DNA of 64,000 bases from an uncultured Candidatus Saccharibacteria bacterium (lineage in GTDB: Bacteria; Patescibacteriota; Minisyncoccia; Phycocordibacterales; CAYSCM01), in contig CAYSCM010000001.1 in the NCBI GenBank assembly GCA_964429815.1, positions 192,001 through 256,000 of the forward strand, given 5' to 3'. Under the pieces are notes generated by a model. That model ran no database searches and was not told the DNA's origin. It saw only the letters and a program-made list of their open reading frames with translations. Of the stretch, positions 36,276 through 45,996 are shown piece after piece; position 1 is the stretch's first letter; every line of letters begins with the position of its first letter. The position numbers and the translations under genes are program-made.

Positions 36276-37415
36276 CTATTGGGGGAGCTGGTCGGTGAGG
36301 AGCTTGGTAAGAGTCGGCGCTACGGTCGCCTGAAAAGTCGCCGCTTGCACCGCGATATCGGCGGAGAGCATGCCACGAAGAGAGGTGCCGCTTCCCGCGA
36401 TAAGAGAGCGATTTATGTGTGCAAGAGTGATGGCATGGAGGTCGCGAATGTCGGTCGTCGGGCCGTCCGAGCTTGTCGAAACGATACCCACGAGGTCGCC
36501 CTTTGAGGAAAAAACACCACCGCCTGAAGAGCCTTTTTGCGCCACAACAGAGCCGCCGATCGAAATGACATCGATGGTCGAGGTGTCGAAGGTGAACACC
36601 TCTTTGATGGTGGTATAGGCCGAACTTACATACAGGTCTCGCAAGATGGTCTCCGCTCCGAGAAAGCCCGCAGGGTAGGCGGCAACGAGCATCGTGGCAC
36701 CTACCGTGAAGGCGTTTTCCGAGGTATCTAGCGAAGTCGCGGGGAATTGCGCTGGGAGCTGGTCGCTTGGGTTGGTGGGGGCGGTCACATAGAGGAGCGC
36801 AAAGTCATTTTCTCCCGTGCCGACCGGCTCGGTACTCTTTATCTGTGGGGCATTGTCACGCACCCACTGCGGCGAAATGTAGAGGAGACCTAGCTTGTAA
36901 CGCGGATATGCTGGGCTTCCGGTGCGAGCAACGCACTCCACAAAGTTGGGCATCGGGTAGTCTTTGAGGAGAAGGTACTGGCCCACGTGGGCATTGGCAA
37001 GAATAACTCCGCGCGAGTCGATAAAGACGCCGCTGGCGGTTATAGGACTAATGACCCCGCCGTACCTCGTGGTGCAGAGAATATTGACGATAGAGGGACG
37101 AGCTACCGCGTTGACGTCAATGCTTGCGTTTGTTGGCGCGGGTGGGGGTGGTGGCGTGAGAACAGTAACTTTTTGGGTTGGGACAGGAGATGCAGACTGA
37201 GCTTTTTTTGCCTCGGGTTTTTGAGTGAGCGTGGCAGCTTGCGTGGTTGTTGCTTGTGTTTGCGCGGCGGTAGTCGCTATTGCCCGGCCTTTCTCAGGCG
37301 GGGGCGCTAGTCGGGGAGTTCCCGGCAGGAGAGTAGAAAGCAGAGCGAGTGTACCTAGAAAAATGCTGAGGAGTAGCTTTCCCGTTAGTGAGTAGATGGC
37401 GGTAAGAAGCGACAT
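36276..37415 (-). CDS. membrane-anchored trypsin-like (S1/chymotrypsin-family) serine protease
   Basis: 379 aa. N-terminal TM/signal anchor, Pro/Thr/Ala-rich linker, protease core with ANAHV (His) and GSSGGGVF (Ser) motifs. Confidence 0.65.
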   Translation of the reverse strand: MSLLTAIYSLTGKLLLSIFLGTLALLSTLLPGTPRLAPPPEKGRAIATTAAQTQATTTQAATLTQKPEAKKAQSASPVPTQKVTVLTPPPPPAPTNASIDVNAVARPSIVNILCTTRYGGVISPITASGVFIDSRGVILANAHVGQYLLLKDYPMPNFVECVARTGSPAYPRYKLGLLYISPQWVRDNAPQIKSTEPVGTGENDFALLYVTAPTNPSDQLPAQFPATSLDTSENAFTVGATMLVAAYPAGFLGAETILRDLYVSSAYTTIKEVFTFDTSTIDVISIGGSVVAQKGSSGGGVFSSKGDLVGIVSTSSDGPTTDIRDLHAITLAHINRSLIAGSGTSLRGMLSADIAVQAATFQATVAPTLTKLLTDQLPQ

Positions 37416-37492
37416 GCGCGGTCAGTATACCAAAGAGAGTGAAGTGTTTTTCTTTTACTTTTTGTTTGCTACAGTTGCCTTCGAGACGAAAT

Positions 37493-37563
37493 GCGGGCAT
37501 AGTTTAGTGGCAAAATGGGATCCTTCCAAGATTCGGTCGCCGGTTCGATTCCGGCTGCCCGCA
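37493..37563 (+). tRNA. tRNA-Gly (anticodon UCC)
   Basis: Manual cloverleaf. Acceptor GCGGGCA/UGCCCGC, anticodon stem GGAUC/GAUUC with loop CUUCCAA, T-arm GCCGG-UUCGAUU-CCGGC, discriminator A. Confidence 0.85.
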
Positions 37564-37604
37564 CAAAATGAAATAAGCGCCGCACAAAGGCGGCGCAGCA
37601 CAAT

Positions 37605-37928
37605 TCACATGACTTCCTTGAAGTAACCGAGACCTTTCGGGGGTCGGATGGTACCGGATGAGATGATCGACTCGATCACATCGTCGGTGTCGGTCGGATC
37701 GACGACAACGACAACGACGGCGCAATTGAACATGATGCTTTCCGATTCTTCCCGACTGTCGAGATATTTTTGCATCTCGGCATCGCCAGGGAGCGAGTGC
37801 CATTGCGCAGGCGATTCACGATCATATGCGATCGCGAAGAGGCGTCGACGCCCCTTTTGACGAGCTTCGGAAATTTTTTGCACCATCCCATTCCGGTTGA
37901 GATTCCATTTTCTGACCGATCGAGGCAT
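37605..37928 (-). CDS. hypothetical protein
   Basis: 107 aa. Strong RBS AAGGAGG 6 nt upstream of ATG. A terminator-like hairpin GCGCCGC-ACAAAG-GCGGCGC lies just downstream of the stop at about 37577..37596. Confidence 0.45.
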   Translation of the reverse strand: MPRSVRKWNLNRNGMVQKISEARQKGRRRLFAIAYDRESPAQWHSLPGDAEMQKYLDSREESESIMFNCAVVVVVVDPTDTDDVIESIISSGTIRPPKGLGYFKEVM

Positions 37929-37998
37929 GGCCGCCTCCTTTTTGCTGCTCGCCGCAGCATACTCGACAGACTGGTCGTGTCAACTTGGTCAGAAACAT

Positions 37999-38024
37999 AA
38001 AAACCCCACGCTGTGGGGTTTTTA
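37999..38024. terminator. bidirectional intrinsic terminator (AAAAA-CCCCAC-GCTG-GTGGGG-TTTTT) downstream of hup
   Basis: 6-bp GC stem flanked by A-run and T-run. Confidence 0.7.
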
Positions 38025-38057
38025 TGTGTAGTGGTGAAATTCACCGGCCGGTGAATC

Positions 38058-38330
38058 TTACTTCACGGCGTCTTTGAGGGCCTTGGCGGCGCGGAACTTG
38101 GGTACGCGCATCGCCGGAATCTGGATGGTCGCGCCCGTGCGCGGGTTGCGTCCCGTACGGGAAGGTCTCATTTTGGTCGCGAAGATGCCGAGACCCGCGA
38201 TCGAAACTTCTTTGCCGCCTTTGAGGCCAGCAACGATGCTGTCGATCATGGTGTCGACGGCGCGCTCTGCCTGGGCTTTTGTGCCCCCGAGCACTTCGTG
38301 CACCTTGTCTACAATTTCAGCTTTGTTCAT
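38058..38330 (-). CDS. hup: HU-family nucleoid DNA-binding protein
   Basis: 90 aa. MNKAEIVDKV...GLGIFATKMRPSRTGRNPRTG is the canonical HU arm. Confidence 0.9.
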   Translation of the reverse strand: MNKAEIVDKVHEVLGGTKAQAERAVDTMIDSIVAGLKGGKEVSIAGLGIFATKMRPSRTGRNPRTGATIQIPAMRVPKFRAAKALKDAVK

Positions 38331-38561
38331 TCAAGAATATTATGAGCCGATAATGTCGACCTGTGTGAAAAACGTGCGGTGTACGAATTTGAGCCGCGAA
38401 ACGACGGCTTAAAATCGTCAGTGTCTGAAAATAAGTATATAGTGCGCCGTTTTTTGGGCAACAGCTCCTGTGGAGAGAGAAAAATTGACGAAAAGGGCCA
38501 CTATTTCATAATTTCAGCTCCTCCAAACGGAAAAAAACCAAGCAATTCCTTCGTTTTTGCT

Positions 38562-40097
38562 CTATCGGGCGAATTCAATTGCTCGGGACTCCCGAATCAC
38601 GTTTACCTTGATCTCACCGGGGTACTTGAGCTCTTGTTCAATGCGGTTGGCTATTTCACGGGCCAACTTTTTAGCATCGAGGTCGCTCATTTCTTCAGGA
38701 CGAACAAAGACGCGCATCTCGCGGCCAGCTGCGATGGCGTAGCTCTTCTCGATACCGGGGAAGGAGTTGGCGATAGCTTCAAGATCGGTAAGGCGTTTAA
38801 TGTAGTTTTCGACGGAGTCGGAGCGCGCTCCGGGGCGACCGCCAGAAATAGCATCTGCGACCTGTACGATGATCGATTCGAGATTTTCATACGGGTACTC
38901 CTCGTGATGAGCCTGCATGGCCTTGATGATCTCGGGGTCGACGCCGAACTTCTGAAGGATTCGGCGACCGATTTCCACGTGCGTTCCCTGCACTTCATGA
39001 TCGACGGCCTTGCCGAGGTCGTGGAGAAGCGCTCCCGCCTTGGCGACCTGGACGTTGGCCCCCACTTCCTGCGCAATAATGCCCGCAATGTGGGCCATTT
39101 CTACCGAATGCTGCAGGACGTTTTGTCCGTAGCTGGTGCGGAAGTAGAGACGGCCAAGGATCTGAAGAATGCGCGGATCGAGATTGAGAACCCCGCACTC
39201 ATACGCAGCTTGCTCCGCTTTGTCTTTCATTATTTTTCCGATTTCCTCCCGCGCTTTATTGACCATTTCCTCGATCTTCGCGGGCTGAATGCGGCCATCA
39301 ACGATGAGGTTTTCAAGTGCGACACGCGCGATCTGGCGGCGCACGGGGTCGAATGAGGAGAGAGTAATGGTTCCCGGCGTATCGTCGACGATGACATCGA
39401 CGCCGGTTGCTCGCTCGAACGCTTTGATATTGCGACCTTCCTTGCCGATGATCTTCCCCTTCACCTCATCGGAGGGGATAGTGATGGTGGTTGCCATCAT
39501 GTCCGAAGCGACGGAGTTGCCAAAGCGGTGAATGGCGGTCGTAAGGATCTGTTTGGCCTTTTCCTCCAGCTTTTCTTTCCCGCTCATCTCGAGCTTTTGC
39601 ATGCGCACGAGGATGTCGCCCCCGTACTCTTTTTCGACTTCCTTCAGAAGCTCATCTTTTGCGGCATCGCGCGAGAGAGACGCCACGCGTTCGAGTTCGG
39701 CTACCTTGGCTTTCGCCATGTCCTCGACCTTTTCGCGCACCTGTTTCACTTCCGCTATCTTTCCCTTGAGGGCCTCCGCCTCTTTTTCAAGCTCTCCCTG
39801 GCGTTTTTCTATGGTTTCTTCTTTCTTAAAGAGGCGATCTTCGGTCTTTTTGACCTGCTCTTCCTTCTCTTTGACCTCGGCGCGGATCTTCTCGGCTTCT
39901 TCTTCTGCTTTCACCTTTCCCTCGTCGATGACTTTCTTAGCCTGCTCTTTGGCATCGAGCATCATCTTCTTTATCTCGAGCTCCATGGAGCCCTTCCGGC
40001 CGAGCGCGACGAGAAAGCGCAGAAGGTACCCGGCTCCGATGCCAACGAGACCGGCAAGGCCGGCGAGTATGAGTGCTGTGGTTACTGACATATGCAA
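38562..40097 (-). CDS. rny: ribonuclease Y
   Basis: 511 aa. N-terminal TM helix, coiled coil, KH domain (GKIIGKEGRNIKAFE) and HD domain (LLHDLGKA). Confidence 0.9.
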   Translation of the reverse strand: MHMSVTTALILAGLAGLVGIGAGYLLRFLVALGRKGSMELEIKKMMLDAKEQAKKVIDEGKVKAEEEAEKIRAEVKEKEEQVKKTEDRLFKKEETIEKRQGELEKEAEALKGKIAEVKQVREKVEDMAKAKVAELERVASLSRDAAKDELLKEVEKEYGGDILVRMQKLEMSGKEKLEEKAKQILTTAIHRFGNSVASDMMATTITIPSDEVKGKIIGKEGRNIKAFERATGVDVIVDDTPGTITLSSFDPVRRQIARVALENLIVDGRIQPAKIEEMVNKAREEIGKIMKDKAEQAAYECGVLNLDPRILQILGRLYFRTSYGQNVLQHSVEMAHIAGIIAQEVGANVQVAKAGALLHDLGKAVDHEVQGTHVEIGRRILQKFGVDPEIIKAMQAHHEEYPYENLESIIVQVADAISGGRPGARSDSVENYIKRLTDLEAIANSFPGIEKSYAIAAGREMRVFVRPEEMSDLDAKKLAREIANRIEQELKYPGEIKVNVIRESRAIEFAR

Positions 40098-40365
40098 GCA
40101 CGTGGCTTGCAGGGTCGACGTATCCTACGAAAAATTAGAGCGTCGTGCTGACGGTGCGGGAAAGTGTCGTGTGTGCTAGTCGGAGAGACATATCTCTAAC
40201 GGCTCGGGAGATTCGGTACTGCAAGAAACGTGGAATAAAGTTTCGGATAATTTTGATACAAGGTAACGACCTCAAAATACCACTCGCTCGAGGGCCTGTA
40301 AAGCAAACTTGAAATTCTTAAAGATCGTGGTAGGGTTTTGTCGAAACGCACCTTAAGGAGGAGCT

Positions 40366-40815
40366 ATGGACGGGCAGGAGATCATTCGGCGCCTCTCGCC
40401 ACTTTCGTTGCCAGCCGGACAGTATTGCTGTTTCGGCTCGTGCACCCTCGCGCTTCTCGGTATCCGGGAAGCCAAAGACATTGACGTCCTCGCCACGCCG
40501 GAAATTTGCGATGAGCTCCGAGGGCTCGGCTGGAGGGAGGAGCTTGTTCCCGCTGGCAGACCACAGAAGCAAACGCCCGTGTTGCGGCGTTTACAGTACC
40601 CCAACGTCGATATCTTCCGGACCTGGGACTACACAGGCTTTAATCGGACACCGACCGAGATAATCGCCGATGCAGACGAGTCAGACGGTATCTATTTTGC
40701 CAAGCTCGGCGACGTCATCGACTGGAAACACGCCTTTGGGCGTGAAAAGGACAAGGTCGATCTCAAACTGATCGAGCGGCATTTGAAGAACCTTCAGAAG
40801 TTTGTTAACCGATGA
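40366..40815 (+). CDS. hypothetical protein, possibly a nucleotidyltransferase fold (GSCTLALLGIREAKDIDV)
   Basis: 149-aa ORF with good RBS AAGGAGG. Has a G[S]-x-DxD-like motif. Confidence 0.4.
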   Translation: MDGQEIIRRLSPLSLPAGQYCCFGSCTLALLGIREAKDIDVLATPEICDELRGLGWREELVPAGRPQKQTPVLRRLQYPNVDIFRTWDYTGFNRTPTEIIADADESDGIYFAKLGDVIDWKHAFGREKDKVDLKLIERHLKNLQKFVNR

Positions 40816-40859
40816 ACGAAACACTCGCGAGCTTCGGCTCGCGGGTGTATTTTTTTCGT

Positions 40860-41462
40860 TTAGCGCGCTTTATACACCTCGTCGATGATGCCGTACTTGC
40901 GTGCCTCGTCTGCAGTCATCCAGTAGTCGCGCTCGGCGTCTTTCTCTACCTGTTCAGGGCTCTTCCCAGTGTTTTTCGCCAAAATCTTGTTGAGATTCTC
41001 CTTGGTGCGCAGAATGTGCTTGGCGGCGATAGCGATGTCGGTCGCCTGACCTTCGACGCCGCCCATCACTTGGTGGATCATGACCTCAGAGTTGGGAAGA
41101 GCGAAACGCTTGCCCTTGCTACCGGCGGAGAGGATGACCGCTGCCGCGGAGGCTGCTATACCGACGCACACAGTCGCGATGTCGGGCTTCACGTGGTTCA
41201 TCGTGTCGAGGATCGCTAGGCCCGCAGAGACTGAGCCGCCCGGAGAGTTTATATAGAAGGAAATGTCTTTCTTTGGGTCTTCGCTCTCTAGGAAAAGAAG
41301 TTGCGCGATGACGAGGTTTGCGGTGTGGTCATCAATAGGGCCGCCAAGGAAAATAATGCGGTCCTTGAGAAGGCGCGAGTATATGTCGAAGGCACGCTCA
41401 CCGAGGGGGGTCTTTTCGACCACCATCGGCACTAGCTGGCTGGAAAAAGAGGAGTTTTTCAT
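40860..41462 (-). CDS. clpP: ATP-dependent Clp protease proteolytic subunit
   Basis: 200 aa. [14 protein letters not shown]...GIAASAAA...MIHQ catalytic Ser/His/Asp context is canonical ClpP. Confidence 0.9.
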   Translation of the reverse strand: MKNSSFSSQLVPMVVEKTPLGERAFDIYSRLLKDRIIFLGGPIDDHTANLVIAQLLFLESEDPKKDISFYINSPGGSVSAGLAILDTMNHVKPDIATVCVGIAASAAAVILSAGSKGKRFALPNSEVMIHQVMGGVEGQATDIAIAAKHILRTKENLNKILAKNTGKSPEQVEKDAERDYWMTADEARKYGIIDEVYKAR

Positions 41463-41557
41463 GGGGAGAGTCTAGCAGATTAAGGCCTATAAACAAGGAC
41501 TATTGGCAAAGCGGTCTCTACTTTTTAAGAGGCCGTTCTTCCTGCTAGACTTAAGGC

Positions 41558-41875
41558 ATGGCAAAGATGGAACAAGGGCCAAACGGAGGCGGGCTTAAGG
41601 GAAGCGAGCTCATGAAAGCTCATCCCGAGGTGTTTAATTATTTAAAAGAGAAAGTAGAACCGCAGCTAGCGGAACTCTTTGGGCCAGAAATAGAGGCCAA
41701 GCGTTACTCAGCTGAGGAGCTTTCCTCGCGCGTCGCCAACTTTATTGCGCTACGTGCTGAACAGCACAAACCGATAAAGACCAGGGAAGATGTCGATGAG
41801 TTAGCAGAGCAAGCATCATTTCAACAAATGCTTATCGATGCCGCCGCACGGCGTGATCAAAGTCTTCGCGAATAG
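41558..41875 (+). CDS. hypothetical protein
   Basis: 105-aa ORF followed by an intrinsic terminator. Confidence 0.35.
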   Translation: MAKMEQGPNGGGLKGSELMKAHPEVFNYLKEKVEPQLAELFGPEIEAKRYSAEELSSRVANFIALRAEQHKPIKTREDVDELAEQASFQQMLIDAAARRDQSLRE

Positions 41876-41890
41876 TGTAGAAATGGAAAA

Positions 41891-41917
41891 GGCCTCGGAC
41901 GAATCCGAGGCCTTTTA
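41891..41917. terminator. intrinsic terminator GGCCTCGGA-CGAA-TCCGAGGCC followed by TTTTA
   Basis: 9-bp perfect stem. A-run on the other side makes it bidirectional. Confidence 0.7.
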
Positions 41918-42285
41918 CTAGTGAATCGATAAGGTTTCTGGCGCGGGCTTCAAAGACCAGCGCTTGATGAACGTGAGCAATTTCACCCGTTCGCACGGGG
42001 AGTAGCCCGCGAAGAAAAGTTGCTGCTCCGGCGTGAGCGGAAAGTCTTCTTGGAGAGCCGCAAACTCCGCCAGACATTTAGTATCGGACTTGCCGAAACC
42101 GCTTCCTTTTTTAAAATCCATCTAGTCCTCCTCAGAACCTAAAGGTACTTTGTGCGTTTTCGAAAACCTTACAACGAATATACGGTTTTGCAAGTGCATT
42201 GTGCAAAATGTCCGTTCAACCCTACAATACCTTTATGGAAAAAATGCCTCTCCCGCAGGAAGGATCGAAAAAAGGAGAAGAGAAA

Positions 42286-42483
42286 ATGACCCGCCGTGGA
42301 TTTCTTAGCGGACTTGGAAAGTATGTTGCCGGAGCTGCGGCCATAGCTGGTGCCTCAGCCATTGCAGGGCCTATTTACAAGCCTACACAAGAGAAAAAGC
42401 TCCCGGATTTTGGCAAAGTTGACCTGGATATTAAAGAGAAAAAGCCAACTCCTCCCCAGGCGGAGGTGAAAGAAGAAAAATAG
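42286..42483 (+). CDS. small protein with twin-arginine-like signal (MTRRGFLSGLGKYVAGAAAIAG)
   Basis: ORF 42199..42483. Internal start at 42286 has RBS AAGGAGAAG. RRGFL motif plus hydrophobic h-region. Confidence 0.45.
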   Translation: MTRRGFLSGLGKYVAGAAAIAGASAIAGPIYKPTQEKKLPDFGKVDLDIKEKKPTPPQAEVKEEK

Positions 42484-42485
42484 TC

Positions 42486-43238
42486 ATGCTAAAGGAACTC
42501 CAGGACTTTGGACTCTCTGAAAAAGAAGCAAAAGTGTATCTCGCCTCACTTGAGGTTGGACGGGCAACCGCAGATCAGCTCGCGAAGCAAGCTAAAGTGA
42601 ATCGCTCGACCACGTACGTACAAATGGAGTCTCTTATGAAAAAGGGACTCATGAGTACCTACGTAAAGGGCAAGAAAACCTATTTTGCCCCCGAGTCGCC
42701 GGAGTATCTCGAGCAAATTCTTCAACGGAAAAGAAGTAATCTAGAATCAACGGCACTGGAGCTCAAAAAGAAACTCCCTGATCTGGTGCGTCTCTATGAC
42801 AGTGCCGGCGAGAGGCCATTTGTGCGTTTTTTTGACGGGAAAGATGGCATAACCGCCATGCGCGAGGAAACACTCCAGCTTCCGAGGGGAGAAACTTTTT
42901 ATGTAATGTATTCTTACGACGCACTGAGATCCCTTTATTCATCAGAAGAAATTCAGGATTTTTCAGAGCGACGTGAAAAGAAGGGTCTAAAAATTAAACT
43001 TCTTTACACTCGCAAAGATGGAAAATTTGATCCAAAAAACATCGCAGTCGACACGGAAAGACGTTTTTTCTCTCATGAGAAATTGGGACTCGATACCGAT
43101 TTTTTTATTTATGGAGATAAAGTTGCTCTTATGGCTCTAAAAGGGAAGGTGTTTGGTATTGTCATTGAAAGCGCAGTTATTGCGGACAGCTTCCGTACTA
43201 TATTTGAGCGACTCTGGGAAGGAGCTGAGGAAGAATAA
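42486..43238 (+). CDS. TrmB-family transcriptional regulator
   Basis: 250 aa. N-terminal winged-HTH LSEKEAKVYLASLEVGRATADQLAKQAKVNRSTTYVQMESLMKKGLM typical of TrmB, plus C-terminal effector domain. Confidence 0.7.
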   Translation: MLKELQDFGLSEKEAKVYLASLEVGRATADQLAKQAKVNRSTTYVQMESLMKKGLMSTYVKGKKTYFAPESPEYLEQILQRKRSNLESTALELKKKLPDLVRLYDSAGERPFVRFFDGKDGITAMREETLQLPRGETFYVMYSYDALRSLYSSEEIQDFSERREKKGLKIKLLYTRKDGKFDPKNIAVDTERRFFSHEKLGLDTDFFIYGDKVALMALKGKVFGIVIESAVIADSFRTIFERLWEGAEEE

Positions 43239-43248
43239 AAAAATAAAA

Positions 43249-43278
43249 GGCCGTGGAACGCAGAAGCATTCCACGGCC
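43249..43278. terminator. stem-loop GGCCGTGGAA-(10 nt)-TTCCACGGCC after trmB-like gene. A-run upstream, no U-run downstream, so it would work better as a minus-strand terminator
   Basis: 10-bp perfect stem. Confidence 0.4.
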
Positions 43279-43650
43279 GGACGTTGAGCACGAACAGATG
43301 TTGGAGGCGACTAGGCTGCCCCCACAGGTCTACCGCCAGTTTACCAGCCGGACGGATCGCCTGGATCCAGTCTCATTTTGTCTGCCGCCACCTTTGGGCG
43401 GCAAAGAACTTTTTTGCCGCTTTCGCATGGCGGCCCTTCCATCAAACCCGGGTTTGGAACTGGGCTTTCCCGGCAGTACCCAGGTCGGTCAGGCGCACGC
43501 CTTAACCGATCCGCAGAAAGTCTAGCATATCGAACAAAATTTGTAAAGGTTCTGCAAAATAAGGTCAGTTAAAATTGACATTACTATTTTAAAAAATGGC
43601 TTTAAATATAGAGATTTTTATTACTTCATGATATAATTTGTCAAAAGCAC

Positions 43651-43679
43651 TTGACAAAAATATAGGCGGCGCTATAATG
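43651..43679 (+). promoter_or_regulatory. perfect consensus sigma70 promoter TTGACA-17-TATAAT
   Basis: -35 at 43651..43656, -10 at 43674..43679, spacer exactly 17 nt. Embedded in a 140-bp AT-rich island within a GC-rich genome. Confidence 0.6.
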
Positions 43680-43685
43680 CCGTTG

Positions 43686-44850
43686 TCAGTGTGAGCTAAC
43701 AGGTTGGTAACCTGCATAAGCATCTTGTTTGTCCATCCTCTGGACCCCGCAGCCATTCGCTTTGTGCAGCTGTATCGTGGGCCGCTGGACGCGGCTTTTC
43801 TTGATGCTCGGTTTCGACCTTAGCTCACCCTGTTCGTTTCACAATAACCCTGCTCGCTGCTTTCGCAGCCAGCAGTGCCCTCGGAAGAAATTCTGTGTGC
43901 ACTGTTGGCTGTGGAGAGCCAGTAGCCCCGCAAGGGGGTATAGGTGACGAAGGCGTCCTCTTCGTTGCCGGCTACTTTCGTAGCCAAGTCTCCACGTGTA
44001 TGGAAACGGTGCCCTCGGAAGGGGGACTTCACATCGTTCCTACACGGCCGAGCCCTTGCAAGGGGCAGAGTCGTTAGAAATCGATAGCGGCTTGCAACCG
44101 CGATGCGATGGAAAGTCAGGAGGCGAAGTGTACAGATCGCAAGTCTGTGCATGGATCTCCTCACGCCTGGCAAAGGACAGTGGGATCATGAAAAGATCTT
44201 GCTGATGCCAATAGTGAGGGAATCGGATGAGCGTCGGGCCATGCCCCAATCCCTGCGCCGGTGGGACGGCGCAGGTGGAAAAGGGGAGCGGTTACGCACC
44301 GCATGGAGGAAGCCCTGGCCGGGGTGGATTCCAAGAAGCTCATTCGAGGATAAAAGGCACAGCATATGCCTTCGACCCAAGGGGCGACCCAAGGGATATG
44401 CGGTCAGAACCGGCAGCTGTCAGCAACAGCGGTCCATCTGGGCAGTACATGCGCCCAGCGATGTCGGTCGGGAACATTGGCCTTATGTTCCGTCTCCCAC
44501 ATTTTCGCTTGTTCCTTCAGGTTTGTGCCAAGGGTGTCCACGGCAAAGTTGGCGGCTCTCCAGCCGCCAACGTGTCCGGCGGCATCCGGGCAACCCAGTG
44601 CACGGAGGTGCACGAAATGGATTGGTCTCGCTGAGGACCAGTGCACGTACCATCTTTTAGGGTACGGGTGCAGAGGAGTGTTGTCGCGATGCCCGCGGCC
44701 GCGCTCCTCATCAGTTGCTTCGCGAGATGTGTGTCTCGCCTGATGAGCTTGAAAGAGCGAAAAGCACAGTTCTCTATACATGCAAATTGAGTCGTTTGAA
44801 GAGGATGCTGCCGCTTCTTCCTCAAACGACTCAATCGCCACGGAAGGAGG
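43686..44850 (+). ncRNA. candidate large structured non-coding RNA (class unknown) downstream of the consensus promoter; about 1.15 kb with no credible ORF
   Basis: All ORFs in this stretch are short, overlapping on both strands and Arg-rich (a GC-rich non-coding signature). Local hairpins are present (CAGGTT-GGTA-ACCTG). The 13-nt motif GTGCCCTCGGAAG occurs twice. There are weak resemblances to RNase P CR-I, CR-II/III and CR-V motifs, but P4 pairing does not work. Confidence 0.25.
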
Positions 44851-44856
44851 GACCCG

Positions 44857-45060
44857 ATGAGCGACATTTGCGTTGTCTCCGAGAACGGGCACGTTCTCGG
44901 CACCCACTCGTGGGTGGAGGGGTTCAAGCCCCTCAAGGTGTCCAGCCGCACAAGCGAGATAGATGTGCTCGCCCACGCGCTCTATCTGGAGCGCACGGTC
45001 TCTTCGGAGGCTGGCCTCGAGTACATCGAGGTGTGGGAGAAGCGCAAGCTTCTTCGCTAG
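44857..45060 (+). CDS. small hypothetical protein (67 aa)
   Basis: Strong RBS GGAAGGAGGG 6 nt upstream of the ATG. Confidence 0.4.
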   Translation: MSDICVVSENGHVLGTHSWVEGFKPLKVSSRTSEIDVLAHALYLERTVSSEAGLEYIEVWEKRKLLR

Positions 45061-45251
45061 CGGTTATGCCGGGAGAGGAGGGGGGATCCTCGCATACCGG
45101 CGGGGGTGAAACTTCACCTTGGCAACAGAAGATTTCTCGGACCACACCCCTACATAGTCAGAGAAATCAAGTTTTGGGCGATGATGAATCGCCCTCTCCA
45201 CTGCGCACATGAATCCTTCGTGTGCGAAGACGAGATCTTTGGGAGGAAACC

Positions 45252-45569
45252 ATGACCGAATCGAGCTCCGTGCAGAGCGCGCCCCGCACGTGCGTCTCCT
45301 GCGGGAGGCCGGGCGCCAAGTGGGATCTCAGTGTTGGCGGGAAACTGCCGGTGCCGGCCCACAAACCCTGCGCGGAGATAATCCGCGCGACCGCGCCGCA
45401 AGGTACGGTCGTGACGGTCAAACCGTCACCCGAACTCCGCGAGGAGTGGGCTCGTGAAAACGCCCGCAAGTTCTGGGAAGGCCAGAACAAACTCGGCGCG
45501 GCCTTACAAGCCGCAGGGGTCACGCTGCCGAAATCCGGAAACGGATCGCTCGGCGGGGGTGGGAGCTAA
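45252..45569 (+). CDS. small hypothetical protein with CxxC motif (MTESSSVQSAPRTCVSCGRPG...)
   Basis: RBS GGGAGGAAACC directly upstream of the ATG at 45252. 105 aa. Confidence 0.4.
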   Translation: MTESSSVQSAPRTCVSCGRPGAKWDLSVGGKLPVPAHKPCAEIIRATAPQGTVVTVKPSPELREEWARENARKFWEGQNKLGAALQAAGVTLPKSGNGSLGGGGS

Positions 45570-45678
45570 TCCATCCTGGCAACAGAAACAAAAATCCGCG
45601 TGGCGAACGTTCCTCGCCATTTCTTTTGAGTTCGCGAATCCTCGTGGGCTCATCGAAATAGCTCTTTGGGAGATACAG

Positions 45679-45996
45679 ATGCGCTACGTTGCAAATGCTT
45701 TTTCACTCAACATGCTTGCCTCGCTTTCGGCAACAATCAACTCGGTCGCGATCGGCGCGCGTGAGGCCGCCGCGTGGGCCGAGGGTGCTCAGTCGATCGT
45801 GGGTCACCCCGATACGGCCGCAGTGATGAGTGCGACGCTCGGGACCCCCGTTCAGTTCAATCGCGAGAGTGTGCAGCTCAGGCCGGGCGACGAGCTTCTT
45901 GTGGGCCAATACCGTGGCCCTCGGCTCCCGGAAGGGGCAAAAGTCCTTCCGGAAGGCGCTCGCTTCGAGTGGGCGCACGTCAAAATCATCGCGTAA
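45679..45996 (+). CDS. small hypothetical protein (105 aa)
   Basis: Internal start MRYVANAF of ORF 45454..45996 with GGGAGA RBS. Confidence 0.35.
   Translation: MRYVANAFSLNMLASLSATINSVAIGAREAAAWAEGAQSIVGHPDTAAVMSATLGTPVQFNRESVQLRPGDELLVGQYRGPRLPEGAKVLPEGARFEWAHVKIIA

Noticed and set aside
37676-38044. 122-aa minus-strand ORF overlapping the hup terminator
   Set aside because: Alternative frame of the same region. The 37605..37928 frame has a strong RBS and is followed by a terminator, whereas this one runs through the hup terminator hairpin.
38379-40179. 325-aa and 215-aa plus-strand ORFs
   Set aside because: Both are antisense shadows of the rny gene.
44050-44470. Possible bacterial RNase P RNA (rnpB): GGAAAGUC, GGUGGAAAAGGGGAGCGGUUACGCACC and AGAACCGGC motifs in the right order and spacing
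   Set aside because: The P4 helix (AAGUCCGG pairing with CCGGCUU) cannot be formed from the local sequences (GUCAGG versus CCGGCAG). No convincing P1 is seen. Short-motif matches of this size are expected by chance in 64 kb. Kept only as a hypothesis under the larger ncRNA finding.
43686-44850. Group II intron interpretation of the ORF-free region
   Set aside because: No reverse-transcriptase/maturase ORF (no YADD motif anywhere in the window) and no recognisable domain V consensus. A GUGYG-like 5' end alone is insufficient.
43820-44976. Several 110-190-aa ORFs on both strands (43820..44173, 44103..44660, 44404..44976)
   Set aside because: They overlap mutually, are Arg/Pro/Gly-rich with no RBS. 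They are interpreted as chance ORFs in GC-rich non-coding sequence.
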